27,498 nt of DNA from Solirubrobacterales bacterium. GTDB taxonomy: Bacteria > Actinomycetota > Thermoleophilia > Solirubrobacterales > 70-9. The notes under the pieces are model-generated. The model ran no database searches. It saw only the letters and a list, made by a program, of their open reading frames with translations, and was not told the DNA's origin. A program made the translations under genes and the position numbers. Positions 13,447-22,044 of this stretch are shown piece by piece. The stretch covers positions 1-27,498 of the forward strand of contig DASUIY010000059.1 in the NCBI GenBank assembly GCA_036279555.1, in the 5' to 3' direction. The first letter of the stretch is position 1, and every line of letters begins with the position of its first letter.

Positions 13447-15894
13447 ATGGCTAGGGAGACGCGCAGGGTAGAGTCGCCAGGGCTGGACGCGCACGGCAGT
13501 TCGCCGAGGGGCTGGGCGGCCGCGTTCGTCCTGCTGACGTTGGCCTCAGTAGCGCTGGCCCACTCTTCGGTCAGCCAGGCAGTCGAAGGGGTCACTCTAA
13601 GAGCGGACGCGAAGGGGGCGGACAACGATCTGATCGCCAGCGTGTTCGTCGGCACCTCCGCCGGGCGGATCTGCGCCGGCACGGTGCGCCACGCGGGCAA
13701 GCAGATTCGCCTGCCCGAACTGCAAACCGGCAAAAGCGGCAACGCCCGCTGGCGCTGGAAGATCGGCGCGGGCGTGCCGGCCGGACGGTGGGAGGTGTCG
13801 GTCCGCTGCCAGCTGGCGAACGGGCCGGCGACCGAGCACACGAGCTTCAAGGCGTCGGGAACCGGTCGGCGCGGCGACAGCAACCTCGTCGCACCCGGCT
13901 CAATGACCAAGAAGTCGCTGCACCACGCCAAAGGTTCGAAGGGCGGGCGAGGCGGCGGAGAAGAAGAAGAAAACGGCTATCCCAAAGGCCTGTGCACGTG
14001 GTGGGCTAGGTTGAAGAGACCCGACATCCCCGTCTTCCCGGGGCCAGCGGGGGATGCGCGCAACTGGGCCGAGAGCGCCCGGCGCGCGAAACCGAGGTTC
14101 TCGCTCGGCACGGTGGCGAAGCCGGGAGCGATCGTCGTCTTTCAGCCGGGCCAGGCGGGCGCCGGCAGGTTCGGGCATGTCGCCTACGTCGAGCGCGTCA
14201 ACGCCTCCGAGATGACCATCTCGGAGGCGAACTTCCGCAATACCAAACCAGGACACGAAAGGCCGATGCGCTGGCGCGGCCGGGGCTTCGACTTCATCTA
14301 CGCGAGGGAGGAGCGGATAGTGGATCCGCCGGCTCCGCCGAACAGCCAGCGCTTCCGCGTCTACCGGACCTGCGCGAACGGGAAGTGTGGGTTGCCGCAG
14401 CGTCAGGGCCCCGGCCTGAGCTTCGGCACCGTCGGCAGGCCGCTGCCCGACGATAGCGCGGTCGACGTCGTCTGCCAGACGCGAGGTGACCGCGTGTCCG
14501 GCTTTGACGCCACCTCGACCAACGTCTGGGACCGGCTCGCCAACGGGGCCCACGTCTCCGACTACTTCGTCGACACCCCCGGCAAGAACGACCAGTTCTC
14601 GGTCCAGATCCCGAGCTGTGCCTCGCTGGGCGCCGCCGCGGAGGTTGAGATCCCGCACGTCGCGACGGTCGCCTTGAGCGTTCCCGGCAACGGGCAGGTC
14701 CTGAGTGGGGACGTGGCGGTGCGGGCGTCCTCCGACGCGCCGGAAGTGCGCTTCGAAGCCTTCTATTCGGATACGCCTGGAGTAGAGGGAACGGCTCGCT
14801 GGCATCCGCTCGGCGTCGACAGCAATCCCGGCGACGGCTTCGAGCTGAGCTGGGACACCACCGCCGTGCCGAACCAGGGCCTGCGCCGAGAAGGGACCGT
14901 GCGGGTGTCCGCGACCGCGGTCGACGCCGCTACGGCCGTTGCCGACAGGCAGGACTTCAGGCACGTGGCTATCGCCAATGCCGATCCGGCTGGCGACTTC
15001 GCCTACCACGTCTTCGGGACCTGCCTCGACGCCCTCTGCACGCTGAAACGGCGTGCCGGCCCGGGCTTCTCCAAATACCCGCCGATCGATTCCGTCGCCG
15101 AGGGCGCGACGGTGAAAATCGCCTGCCAGGCCGCCGGTGAGACCGTCAGCGGCGGCGTCGGGACGAGCAACGTCTGGAACCAGCTGGACGACGAAAGCTG
15201 GGTCGCCGATCTATATATCGACACCCCCATCGCGGGCAGCTTCAGCCCGCCGATCCCCCGCTGCGCGACCGTCCCGCCCCCTCCCACGCCGACCATTGCC
15301 CTGACGGCGCCGGCAAGCGGCGGGATGGTCAGCGGAACGGTCGAGGTCGCGGCGACCTCCGACGCGCCGGGGGTGCGGTTCGAAGCGTTCTACTCGGACA
15401 CGCCCGGCGTAAGCGGGACGGCCCTGTGGCGCCAGCTCGGCGACGATCTCTCGCCCGGCGACGGCTTCGAGCTGAGCTGGGACACCACCGCCGTGCCGAA
15501 CCAGGGGCAGGCGAGCCAGAGCACCGTTCGGGTGCGCACGGTTGCGCTCGACTACCAGGGGGGCGCGACCGGCGTTCAGGAGGTGGGCCGGGTGAACGTG
15601 TCCAACCCGAGCCCCGACGGCAGCTACGCCTACCACGTATACGGCACCTGTGGCAGCGACGCCTGCTTCGTCAACGTGCGCAGCGGTCCGAGCCAGACGA
15701 CCTACCCGGTTATCTACACGAAGGACGAGGGTGAGCGGCTCGACATCGCCTGCCAGGCGCACGGGCAGAGCGTCTCCAATGGCGTCATCAGCTCGGACAT
15801 CTGGAACAAACTGATCGACGGCGGCTGGGTGACCGACTTGTACGTGGACACTCCGGTCGCGGGCGACTTCAGCCCGCCGATTCCCCAATGTTGA
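13447..15894 (+). CDS. Exported CHAP-domain peptidoglycan hydrolase with three SH3b-like and two Ig-like repeats
   Basis: N-terminal hydrophobic segment. CHAP Cys/His motifs YPKGLCTWWA, FGHVAYVE and SEAN. Three copies of (F/Y)xVxxTC...CQxxG...WxxLxxxxxVxDxxxDTP alternate with two SGxVxVxAxSDAPxVRFEAFYSD...WDTTAVPNQG domains. Confidence 0.8.
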   Translation: MARETRRVESPGLDAHGSSPRGWAAAFVLLTLASVALAHSSVSQAVEGVTLRADAKGADNDLIASVFVGTSAGRICAGTVRHAGKQIRLPELQTGKSGNARWRWKIGAGVPAGRWEVSVRCQLANGPATEHTSFKASGTGRRGDSNLVAPGSMTKKSLHHAKGSKGGRGGGEEEENGYPKGLCTWWARLKRPDIPVFPGPAGDARNWAESARRAKPRFSLGTVAKPGAIVVFQPGQAGAGRFGHVAYVERVNASEMTISEANFRNTKPGHERPMRWRGRGFDFIYAREERIVDPPAPPNSQRFRVYRTCANGKCGLPQRQGPGLSFGTVGRPLPDDSAVDVVCQTRGDRVSGFDATSTNVWDRLANGAHVSDYFVDTPGKNDQFSVQIPSCASLGAAAEVEIPHVATVALSVPGNGQVLSGDVAVRASSDAPEVRFEAFYSDTPGVEGTARWHPLGVDSNPGDGFELSWDTTAVPNQGLRREGTVRVSATAVDAATAVADRQDFRHVAIANADPAGDFAYHVFGTCLDALCTLKRRAGPGFSKYPPIDSVAEGATVKIACQAAGETVSGGVGTSNVWNQLDDESWVADLYIDTPIAGSFSPPIPRCATVPPPPTPTIALTAPASGGMVSGTVEVAATSDAPGVRFEAFYSDTPGVSGTALWRQLGDDLSPGDGFELSWDTTAVPNQGQASQSTVRVRTVALDYQGGATGVQEVGRVNVSNPSPDGSYAYHVYGTCGSDACFVNVRSGPSQTTYPVIYTKDEGERLDIACQAHGQSVSNGVISSDIWNKLIDGGWVTDLYVDTPVAGDFSPPIPQC
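14827..15506 (+). repeat. Exact 53-bp direct repeat within the CHAP gene (14827-14879 and 15454-15506)
   Basis: CCCGGCGACGGCTTCGAGCTGAGCTGGGACACCACCGCCGTGCCGAACCAGGG occurs twice, 627 bp (209 codons) apart. Confidence 0.9.
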
Positions 15895-16628
15895 GCGAAG
15901 GGGTCCCCGGCGGCGAAGATCTCGGTTTCTACCAGGTGGCCGCGTCGGTCTTCGTGGTGCTGTTGCTGACTGGGGTCGCGGGGGAGATCAGAGACCTGCG
16001 CGGCAGGAAGACCGGCGACGGCGAGCCGGACCTGGAGATCTCTCGCGCGTATTCGCTCGGGGTGGCATTGGTGTTGTCGGCCCTGCTGCTGGGCGAGCTG
16101 CTGGCCTTGCTCGTCCTGCTTGAACCGCCGCCGAGCGATTTTCAGCGGATGGCGGTCGGCATCTGCCTGGCCGTCTCCGTGCTCGGCGTGCCGGCGCTCG
16201 TCGTCCTCGCCATGTGGGAGGAGCGCCTGCGGCGATTGAGACGATCGCTGGTGGCGGTTTTCGCCGGGATTGCGGCGATACTCGCGGTAGTGGGCATCTA
16301 CCTGGCCAGCGTCGCGTTGACTGACCCGCCTCCGAACACCTACCACGTCTACGGCACCTGCGCGAGCGGGCGCTGTGGCCTGAATGAGCGCAGCACGCCG
16401 AGCACGAAGGCGCGCCGACTACGGCAACTGCACGACGGCGACGAGATCACGATCGTCTGTCAGACCATAGGCGCGGAAGTCCCCGCCCCTCGTGGCGGCA
16501 GCTCGATCGTCTGGAACCGGCTGAGGTCTGGCGGTTACGTCACGGACCTCTACGTCGACACGCCGCCCCTGGGAAGCGATATCCCGCTCTGCGGGAATCG
16601 GGCCGAAGGCGGACGCCCGCGCGGCTAG
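15888..16628 (+). CDS. Membrane protein (about 4 TM) with C-terminal SH3b-like domain
   Basis: Hydrophobic N-terminal two thirds, then YHVYGTCASGRCGL...IVCQTIG...WNRLRSGGYVTDLYVDTP, the same domain that is repeated in the upstream gene. TTG start overlaps the upstream gene's end. Confidence 0.75.
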   Translation: MLSEGVPGGEDLGFYQVAASVFVVLLLTGVAGEIRDLRGRKTGDGEPDLEISRAYSLGVALVLSALLLGELLALLVLLEPPPSDFQRMAVGICLAVSVLGVPALVVLAMWEERLRRLRRSLVAVFAGIAAILAVVGIYLASVALTDPPPNTYHVYGTCASGRCGLNERSTPSTKARRLRQLHDGDEITIVCQTIGAEVPAPRGGSSIVWNRLRSGGYVTDLYVDTPPLGSDIPLCGNRAEGGRPRG

Positions 16629-16630
16629 GG

Positions 16631-16663
16631 CTCGTGGGGTCGAATCCACCCTCCCCGCTTCAG
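16631..16663 (+). repeat. Degenerate copy of the tRNA-Ser 3' end (att-like)
   Basis: CTCGTGGGGTCGAATCCACCCTCCCCGCTTCAG aligns to 13338-13370 at 30 of 34 columns. Confidence 0.75.
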
Positions 16664-16899
16664 ACGCGTCGCCTATTAGGACCCCGGGAACAACGCGAGG
16701 CTGGTCTTAAAGCTCGCCCCGTAGGGCGTTGCGGACAAGCACGCAGTCACGAGCCTCGGCGCGTAGGCGCCGAACATTTGCGCCACATGCGGGAACGCTT
16801 GAGTTTGCGAGCGGTTGAGCCGCGAAAACGGTCCTGAGCTCCGTCACGCGGGGCGATCCGATATTGACCACGCCAGAGAGGGTCAAATTCGGACGCACG

Positions 16900-18462
16900 T
16901 TAGCGGGAGCCGGTCAAATCCAGTCGATCAAGCCGTCTCTGACTTCCGGGTTCCAATACCGTCTCATCAGGTCCGTTCGCCCTTGCATGGGCGCCGTGCT
17001 CCATCGCCTCCAGGCCCCGGTCGAGTGCCGCGACGCTCGTCACGCCCTCGGGGACTGGAACGGCTCGGAACGCAGAGGCGGCCAACTCCAGGCGGAAGGC
17101 GGTCCGCCCACCGCCGTCGAAGGCGGTCACCAGCGGATTGTCCCCCCAGCTGACGAGCCAGCCTCCTCCCTCGAGCGGTCGCGCCGAGCCGCAGCAGTGG
17201 CTGGTCGTGACTCGAGGCTCGTTCAGCTGGCCGAGATAGGTTGCGGTCCCCTTCTCCAGGTCGAGCCTGTAGGAGACGACGCGCGGCCGGCGCGGCCTGT
17301 CCTTGCCGTTGTCGTAGACGCTGACGTCGCCGTCTTCCTCGACACGGGCGTCGTGCTGGCCGCCGAACAGCTTGACCGCGGGGTCGCCGATGATCCGCAG
17401 CGAGTCGGCCGTCGGAGTGCCGCCCAGCTTCCAGAGGATGTCGCCGGTGGGGCGCTCGATGCCGTAGACCGCATCGGTGTGGCGCATCGACACGACCACT
17501 TCATCCGCTCCCCGTGGCTCGATCGAGTTGATGTGCACGGGGTCGAAGGTGGTGACCCCTTGTGCGCCGCGCTTGGCGTTGCTGAGGACGTTGCGCCACC
17601 ACCGCCCGGTCTCGCCGAGGCCGATCTTCCCGCGTGAGTTCCAGCGCCAGGCCACTCGGCCACCGGGATCGATTTCCTGGATCTCCCCGAAGACCGCCGA
17701 AGCGCTCTTGGGGCCGCCGAAGCGCTTCAGGTTCACTTTCGCGGCCGGGGCGTAGGTGTCGACGAGGACGTTGCCGTTGCCGAGCTCGCGGAACTCGTGC
17801 CCATCGACGATCTCCCCCTTCGTCCTCACCACCCGGACCAGCTCCCCTGCGGGCGAGCGGACCTCATGGGCCATGCGGGGATCCAGCCCATATCCGTCAC
17901 CAAACGATCGTGCCCAGGCGACGTTGCCGTCGCTCAGGACCTGTGCCCAGAGCGCTCGGGTGTCAGGGCTGTACCACCAGCGCGGGACACCCCCGTGGTC
18001 GAAGACGATCACCCAGGGACGTGCGTCCCGCGAAGCCCTGAAGCTGACCGCGAACAGGCCGGGACCGATCGGGCGCAAGCCCTGGAACCGCCATCTCGGG
18101 AAGTCCGCGGGAAGGCACCGCACCTCGTAGGCGCGGCGAGCGTCGCCGCGGGTCACGACGAGGGTGAAGTCCTCGCCGGGTTGCACGCCGGGGTCGATCT
18201 GCATGGCGCCCGTCCTCGGCTCGGCCGAGCCGACCGCGACCCTCGTCCCGGCCTCCGCGTCGGCCCGGATTGCCGCCGCGCCGCGACCGCATCGCGAGAC
18301 GTAGCGAGTTTCAGCGGGGTCGAAGTCCGGATAGAGGCCGCTGATCGAGACCGAGGCGGCCGAGCCGGGCTCCGTGCTGCCGGTGACGCCGCAGCCCCAG
18401 ATCGCGAATGCGAGCGCAGCGAGCAGGCTCAGGCTCAAGGCTTCTGTCGCTCTGCCGGTCAT
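16900..18462 (-). CDS. Arylsulfotransferase (ASST) family protein, probable lipoprotein
   Basis: Signal peptide ending IWGC, beta-propeller-like repeats, and VDGHEF, PVHINSI, GGQHDAR and YDNG motifs. Confidence 0.78.
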   Translation of the reverse strand: MTGRATEALSLSLLAALAFAIWGCGVTGSTEPGSAASVSISGLYPDFDPAETRYVSRCGRGAAAIRADAEAGTRVAVGSAEPRTGAMQIDPGVQPGEDFTLVVTRGDARRAYEVRCLPADFPRWRFQGLRPIGPGLFAVSFRASRDARPWVIVFDHGGVPRWWYSPDTRALWAQVLSDGNVAWARSFGDGYGLDPRMAHEVRSPAGELVRVVRTKGEIVDGHEFRELGNGNVLVDTYAPAAKVNLKRFGGPKSASAVFGEIQEIDPGGRVAWRWNSRGKIGLGETGRWWRNVLSNAKRGAQGVTTFDPVHINSIEPRGADEVVVSMRHTDAVYGIERPTGDILWKLGGTPTADSLRIIGDPAVKLFGGQHDARVEEDGDVSVYDNGKDRPRRPRVVSYRLDLEKGTATYLGQLNEPRVTTSHCCGSARPLEGGGWLVSWGDNPLVTAFDGGGRTAFRLELAASAFRAVPVPEGVTSVAALDRGLEAMEHGAHARANGPDETVLEPGSQRRLDRLDLTGSR

Positions 18463-18543
18463 GCAGCGAGTCTAGGAGTGAGGGCTGAGTCAAGACGAGA
18501 CGGGCTCGAGAATCGTCCGGCTGGCTCCATTCCTACCTGGCTG

Positions 18544-19728
18544 CTACACCACGAGCTGCAGCAGCGCCCCGATCGCGCCGCAGCCGAGCACCACGTAGAG
18601 CACGGTCAGCTTGCCGTGCCAGCGGTTGAGGGCGAGGAATGCACCGGCCGCGAGGACCGCGGTCGGCACGTCGACCACGCTGGTTTCGAGGATCGTCACC
18701 GTGACCGCGGCGATCAGGCCGATCACCCCGGCGGCGACGCCGAGCAGGAACGGCCTGATCCGCGGGTTCTCGGCAACCGCGACCAGGCCGCGGTGAAAGA
18801 AGATCGGGAAGACGAAGGCGGGCAGGAAGATGCCGAGCGTCATCGCCAGCGCACCGACCGTCCCACCCGCGAGGTAGCCGACGAAGGTGGAGAAGATGAT
18901 CAGCGGTGCCGGCAGGATGCCGCTGATCGCCAAGCCGTCGACGAACTGGCTGTCGGTGAGCCAGCCGCGGCCGTCGACGGCGCTCTCCTGCAGGAAGGGA
19001 ATCACCGTGTAGGCGCCGCCGAAGGTGAGCAGCCCGGCCTTCAGCCCCTCCCAGAAGATCGAGGCGGTGAGCGAGACCGTGATCGTCCCGAGGGCGAGCG
19101 CGGCGACTGTCAGCGGGACCAGAGAGAGGGAGCTGGCACGGTCTCGCCAGCGCCCGCCGTTGGTCCACAGCTCATACGCGATGCCGGCGCCGAGCAGGAC
19201 CAGGGCGAAGCTCGCCGAGGCGAAGACGGTCAGGGCGAAGGCGGCGACCGCGATGATCGCCAGCGGTACGTTGGTGAGGAAAGTGGGGCCCAGGCGCACC
19301 AGCGCTCGCGCGACCAGCGCGCCGACCGCCGCCGTCAGCCCGTAGAACAGCTCCTCGAGGTGCCCGGCCAGGTTCGCCTCGACGTAGAGGATCGAGAGGC
19401 CCAGCATGAGCAGGAATCCGGGCAGCATGAAACCGAGGCCCGCGGCGAACCCGCCGAGCTTGCCGCCGCGCAACCGCCCGAAGTAGACGCAGAGCTCGTG
19501 CGCCTCTGGGCCCGGCAGCACCTGGTAGACGGCGAGCGTCTTCTTGAAGGCCTCCTCGCTGACCCAGCCCTCCTCGTCGACGCACTCGCGCTTGATCATC
19601 GCGATCTGCGCCGCCGGGCCGCCCCAGGCGAGCAGCCCGAACTTGAGAAAGCGGGCGAAGATCGAGCCGGGGGAATCGAGAGGCTCGGAGGGAGCGGGCG
19701 CGGTGACGGCTTCAGTCGAAGCGCTCAT
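18544..19728 (-). CDS. chrA: Chromate efflux transporter (long-chain CHR)
   Basis: FGLLAWGGPAAQI, QVLPGP, TFGGAY and GILPAP motifs in two tandem CHR domains. Confidence 0.92.
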   Translation of the reverse strand: MSASTEAVTAPAPSEPLDSPGSIFARFLKFGLLAWGGPAAQIAMIKRECVDEEGWVSEEAFKKTLAVYQVLPGPEAHELCVYFGRLRGGKLGGFAAGLGFMLPGFLLMLGLSILYVEANLAGHLEELFYGLTAAVGALVARALVRLGPTFLTNVPLAIIAVAAFALTVFASASFALVLLGAGIAYELWTNGGRWRDRASSLSLVPLTVAALALGTITVSLTASIFWEGLKAGLLTFGGAYTVIPFLQESAVDGRGWLTDSQFVDGLAISGILPAPLIIFSTFVGYLAGGTVGALAMTLGIFLPAFVFPIFFHRGLVAVAENPRIRPFLLGVAAGVIGLIAAVTVTILETSVVDVPTAVLAAGAFLALNRWHGKLTVLYVVLGCGAIGALLQLVV

Positions 19729-19852
19729 CGAGCGCCGTATCCTGACGCTCGGCGGGAGCGGGTGTGGCCTGCACGCACCGTCTGCCCGGACGGGCTCGGG
19801 TTCTTGGCGCCGGCCGAGTCGAGCCGGTCAAGCCTGGATCAGGCGGGTTCGG

Positions 19853-21793
19853 TCAGGCGGCCGCGGTCAGGCGACCCCCGCCTGCGGTCCTCGCCGGCAG
19901 CGGCACGACGATCGCGTCGCGCTCCGGGGTCGGCGCCGAGGGGCGGTGGCCGCGCAGGCACTCGTGGCTGCAGACGACGTAGCACCACTCCATCAGGCGC
20001 ATGCGCGAGCCGGGGTCGATGTCGGCGATCGTCGCGCCGACCAGCCAGCGGCCCTCCGCCTCGCGGCAGGAGCGGACCTCGACCTGGGCCGCGACCTCGT
20101 GCGTCGCGCCGGCCGCGTCGCGCAGCTCGAGCAGGACGAGTGGGAGCGCGCCGACCTCCAGCGGCGCCTCCATCACCAGGCCCACGCCGGCGGAGCTGGC
20201 GTCGACCAGGCGTCCGGGGACGTGTCCCTCCTCGGAGAAGCACTGGGCGGGGGCGTCGCCCTCGAAGCGGTAGACGAGGCGCCGCTGCCGGCGCCGCCCG
20301 ACCGCCAGCAGCGTGCGGGCGATCCGGCGCAGCTCGATCAGCCCCAGCAGCGGCACGATCACGGCGGCGACGCCGGGCAGGTCCGGCAGCGGCCCGGCGC
20401 CGGCGAGGTCGAGCAGGCGCATCGCCGTGCCCAGGCCCAGCAGCACGGCGCAGGCGAGGACGAGATGCAGTCTGCGCACGGCCTCGATCCCGCCCCCGTC
20501 CGTCCCCTGCTTCGGAGTTACCTTGAAGGCGGTGCGGCTGGGGCGCACGATGCAGCGCAGCGCCCGCGTGTAGATCTCCATCGTCAGCAGCTCGTAGTGG
20601 GCGGTCTCGCCGATCTTCATGTAGCCGCGCGCCAGGGCCGTGCCGGCGCTGAGGTTGAGCGCCACCGCCGGCAGCCACAGCGCCGCCAGGGCGAGGACGC
20701 TGATCTTCATCGGCATCGCTCCCGTCCACAGCACCAGCCCCAGCGTCGCCAGCAGCAGCAGGCGCATCGGCGGCGCCAGGTAGGCGGCGAGGCTGACGAA
20801 GTAGGAGAGCCGCTGCAGCGGGCTGATCTCGCTCGCCCGCAGCGGCGACTCGGGAAGGGTGAAGACGGCGAGGTTGCCGCGCGCCCAGCGGTCGCGCTGC
20901 AGCAGGTAGCCGTCGAGGTCGTGGGGCGCCAGGCCCTGGACCAGCACCTCGTCGTGGTAGCGGCTGCGCCAGCCGTTGCGCTGCATGCGGATCGTCGTGT
21001 GGAAGTCCTCGGCGATCGTCTCGGTGGCGACGCCGCCGATCTCGAGCAGCGCCCGGCGGCGGATCAGCGCCGCCGAGCCGCACCAGTAGACCGCGCCGTG
21101 GCGGTCCTTGCCGGGGCAGACGACCCGGTAGAAGAGCGACTGCTCGTGCCGGCCGACGACGTAGTGCTGGACCGAGTCGTGGTTGAAGAAGTCGTGCGGG
21201 GTCTGCACCAGCCCCATCCGCTCGTTGTCGAAGTAGCCGACGAGCGCGTCGAGCGCGTCCGGCATCGGCACGTGGTCGGCGTCGAGCATCAGCACCAGCT
21301 CGCCCTCGGTCCGGCCCAGCGCCGCGTTGATGTTCCCCGCCTTGGCGTGCGAGTTGTCGGGCCGGGTCAGGTAGCGGGCGCCGGCCGTCCGCGCCAGCTC
21401 CGCCATCTCGGGCCGCCGGCCGTCGTCGAGCAGGTAGGTGGTGTGGGGGTAGGTGAGCGCCCCGCAGCCGGCAAGCGTCGCCGCCACCACCTCGGTCGGC
21501 TCGTCGTAGGTGCAGACGTAGACGTCGACGGAGCGCCCGGGCGCCGCCGCCGGCCGCACGGCCGGCCGTCGCGACCACGAGAACCAGGCCAGCGTCGCCA
21601 GGGCCCAGAGCCCGTAGACCTCCGTCGCCAGCAGCATCGCGAAGGCGACTGGGCTGGCCCCTTCGCCGCTCCAGCCGACCCGCCAGGTCAGATAGCCGAG
21701 CCCCCAGAGCAGCGCCGCGACCGCCAGCAGGCGCAACAGGACGGGATGCCGGTCGAAGAAGCGCCCGAGCCGCGTCTGCTCGCTGCCTTGCAT
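19853..21793 (-). CDS. Cellulose-synthase-like (BcsA-type) GT2 glycosyltransferase with C-terminal PilZ domain
   Basis: DDGRR, HAKAGNIN, DADH, QTPHDFFN, TIAEDF and QRDRW motifs, followed by RRRQRR and DASSAG (PilZ). Start trimmed to ATG 21793 because the longer ORF runs through a tRNA. Confidence 0.88.
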   Translation of the reverse strand: MQGSEQTRLGRFFDRHPVLLRLLAVAALLWGLGYLTWRVGWSGEGASPVAFAMLLATEVYGLWALATLAWFSWSRRPAVRPAAAPGRSVDVYVCTYDEPTEVVAATLAGCGALTYPHTTYLLDDGRRPEMAELARTAGARYLTRPDNSHAKAGNINAALGRTEGELVLMLDADHVPMPDALDALVGYFDNERMGLVQTPHDFFNHDSVQHYVVGRHEQSLFYRVVCPGKDRHGAVYWCGSAALIRRRALLEIGGVATETIAEDFHTTIRMQRNGWRSRYHDEVLVQGLAPHDLDGYLLQRDRWARGNLAVFTLPESPLRASEISPLQRLSYFVSLAAYLAPPMRLLLLATLGLVLWTGAMPMKISVLALAALWLPAVALNLSAGTALARGYMKIGETAHYELLTMEIYTRALRCIVRPSRTAFKVTPKQGTDGGGIEAVRRLHLVLACAVLLGLGTAMRLLDLAGAGPLPDLPGVAAVIVPLLGLIELRRIARTLLAVGRRRQRRLVYRFEGDAPAQCFSEEGHVPGRLVDASSAGVGLVMEAPLEVGALPLVLLELRDAAGATHEVAAQVEVRSCREAEGRWLVGATIADIDPGSRMRLMEWCYVVCSHECLRGHRPSAPTPERDAIVVPLPARTAGGGRLTAAA

Positions 21794-21835
21794 GCGGGAG
21801 CATCGGCCTTGCGCGCCGCCCCCTTGAGTTGCGCC

Positions 21836-21841
21836 TAGAAT
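21836..21841 (+). promoter_or_regulatory. Putative -10 element (TAGAAT) of tRNA-Ser(CGA)
   Basis: Near-consensus -10 hexamer 18 nt upstream of the tRNA. Confidence 0.4.
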
Positions 21842-21859
21842 CGGTCTCCAGCGTGTCCC

Positions 21860-21946
21860 GGAGGGGTGCCGGAGTGGTTGAACGGGGCAGTCTCGAAAAC
21901 TGTTGGCGTCGCAAGGCGCTCGTGGGTTCGAATCCCACCCCCTCCG
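21860..21946 (+). tRNA. tRNA-Ser(CGA)
   Basis: Acceptor GGAGGGG/CCCCTCC, anticodon loop CTCGAAA, long variable arm GGCGTC-GCAA-GGCGC, T-loop TTCGAAT, G73. Confidence 0.95.
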
Positions 21947-22044
21947 CTTCTCAACTGCCCTTAAGATGCCGAACCTCTGAAGGAACCGTCGTGTTTGAGA
22001 CGATGGGGCGCATGGGACGGAAAGCGAACAGAGGGAGATGCGCG

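Larger units (their letters stand above)
13366..16663. mobile_element. tRNA-Ser-associated genomic islet (about 3.3 kb, no integrase)
   Basis: Bounded by the tRNA-Ser(GGA) 3' end and a degenerate direct copy of it at 16631-16663. Confidence 0.6.

Noticed and set aside
16864-16886. TTGACC-N11-GGTCAA palindrome resembling the family 2 core or a regulator site
   Set aside because: Only 6-bp arms, different spacing, no CGATT or TAT centre, and it lies downstream of a gene end. It could easily be chance.
17797-20526. 909-aa plus-strand ORF, and similar long ORFs at 429-2024, 8541-10613, 8398-10110 and 19839-21938
   Set aside because: These are antisense or out-of-frame shadows of well-supported genes. 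They are Arg/Pro/Ala-rich with no motifs, as expected in high-GC DNA.
21829-22044. N-terminal extension of the secreted protein, and of ORFs 23624-24136 and 24608-25504
   Set aside because: These translate through tRNA genes and are tRNA-derived spurious peptides.
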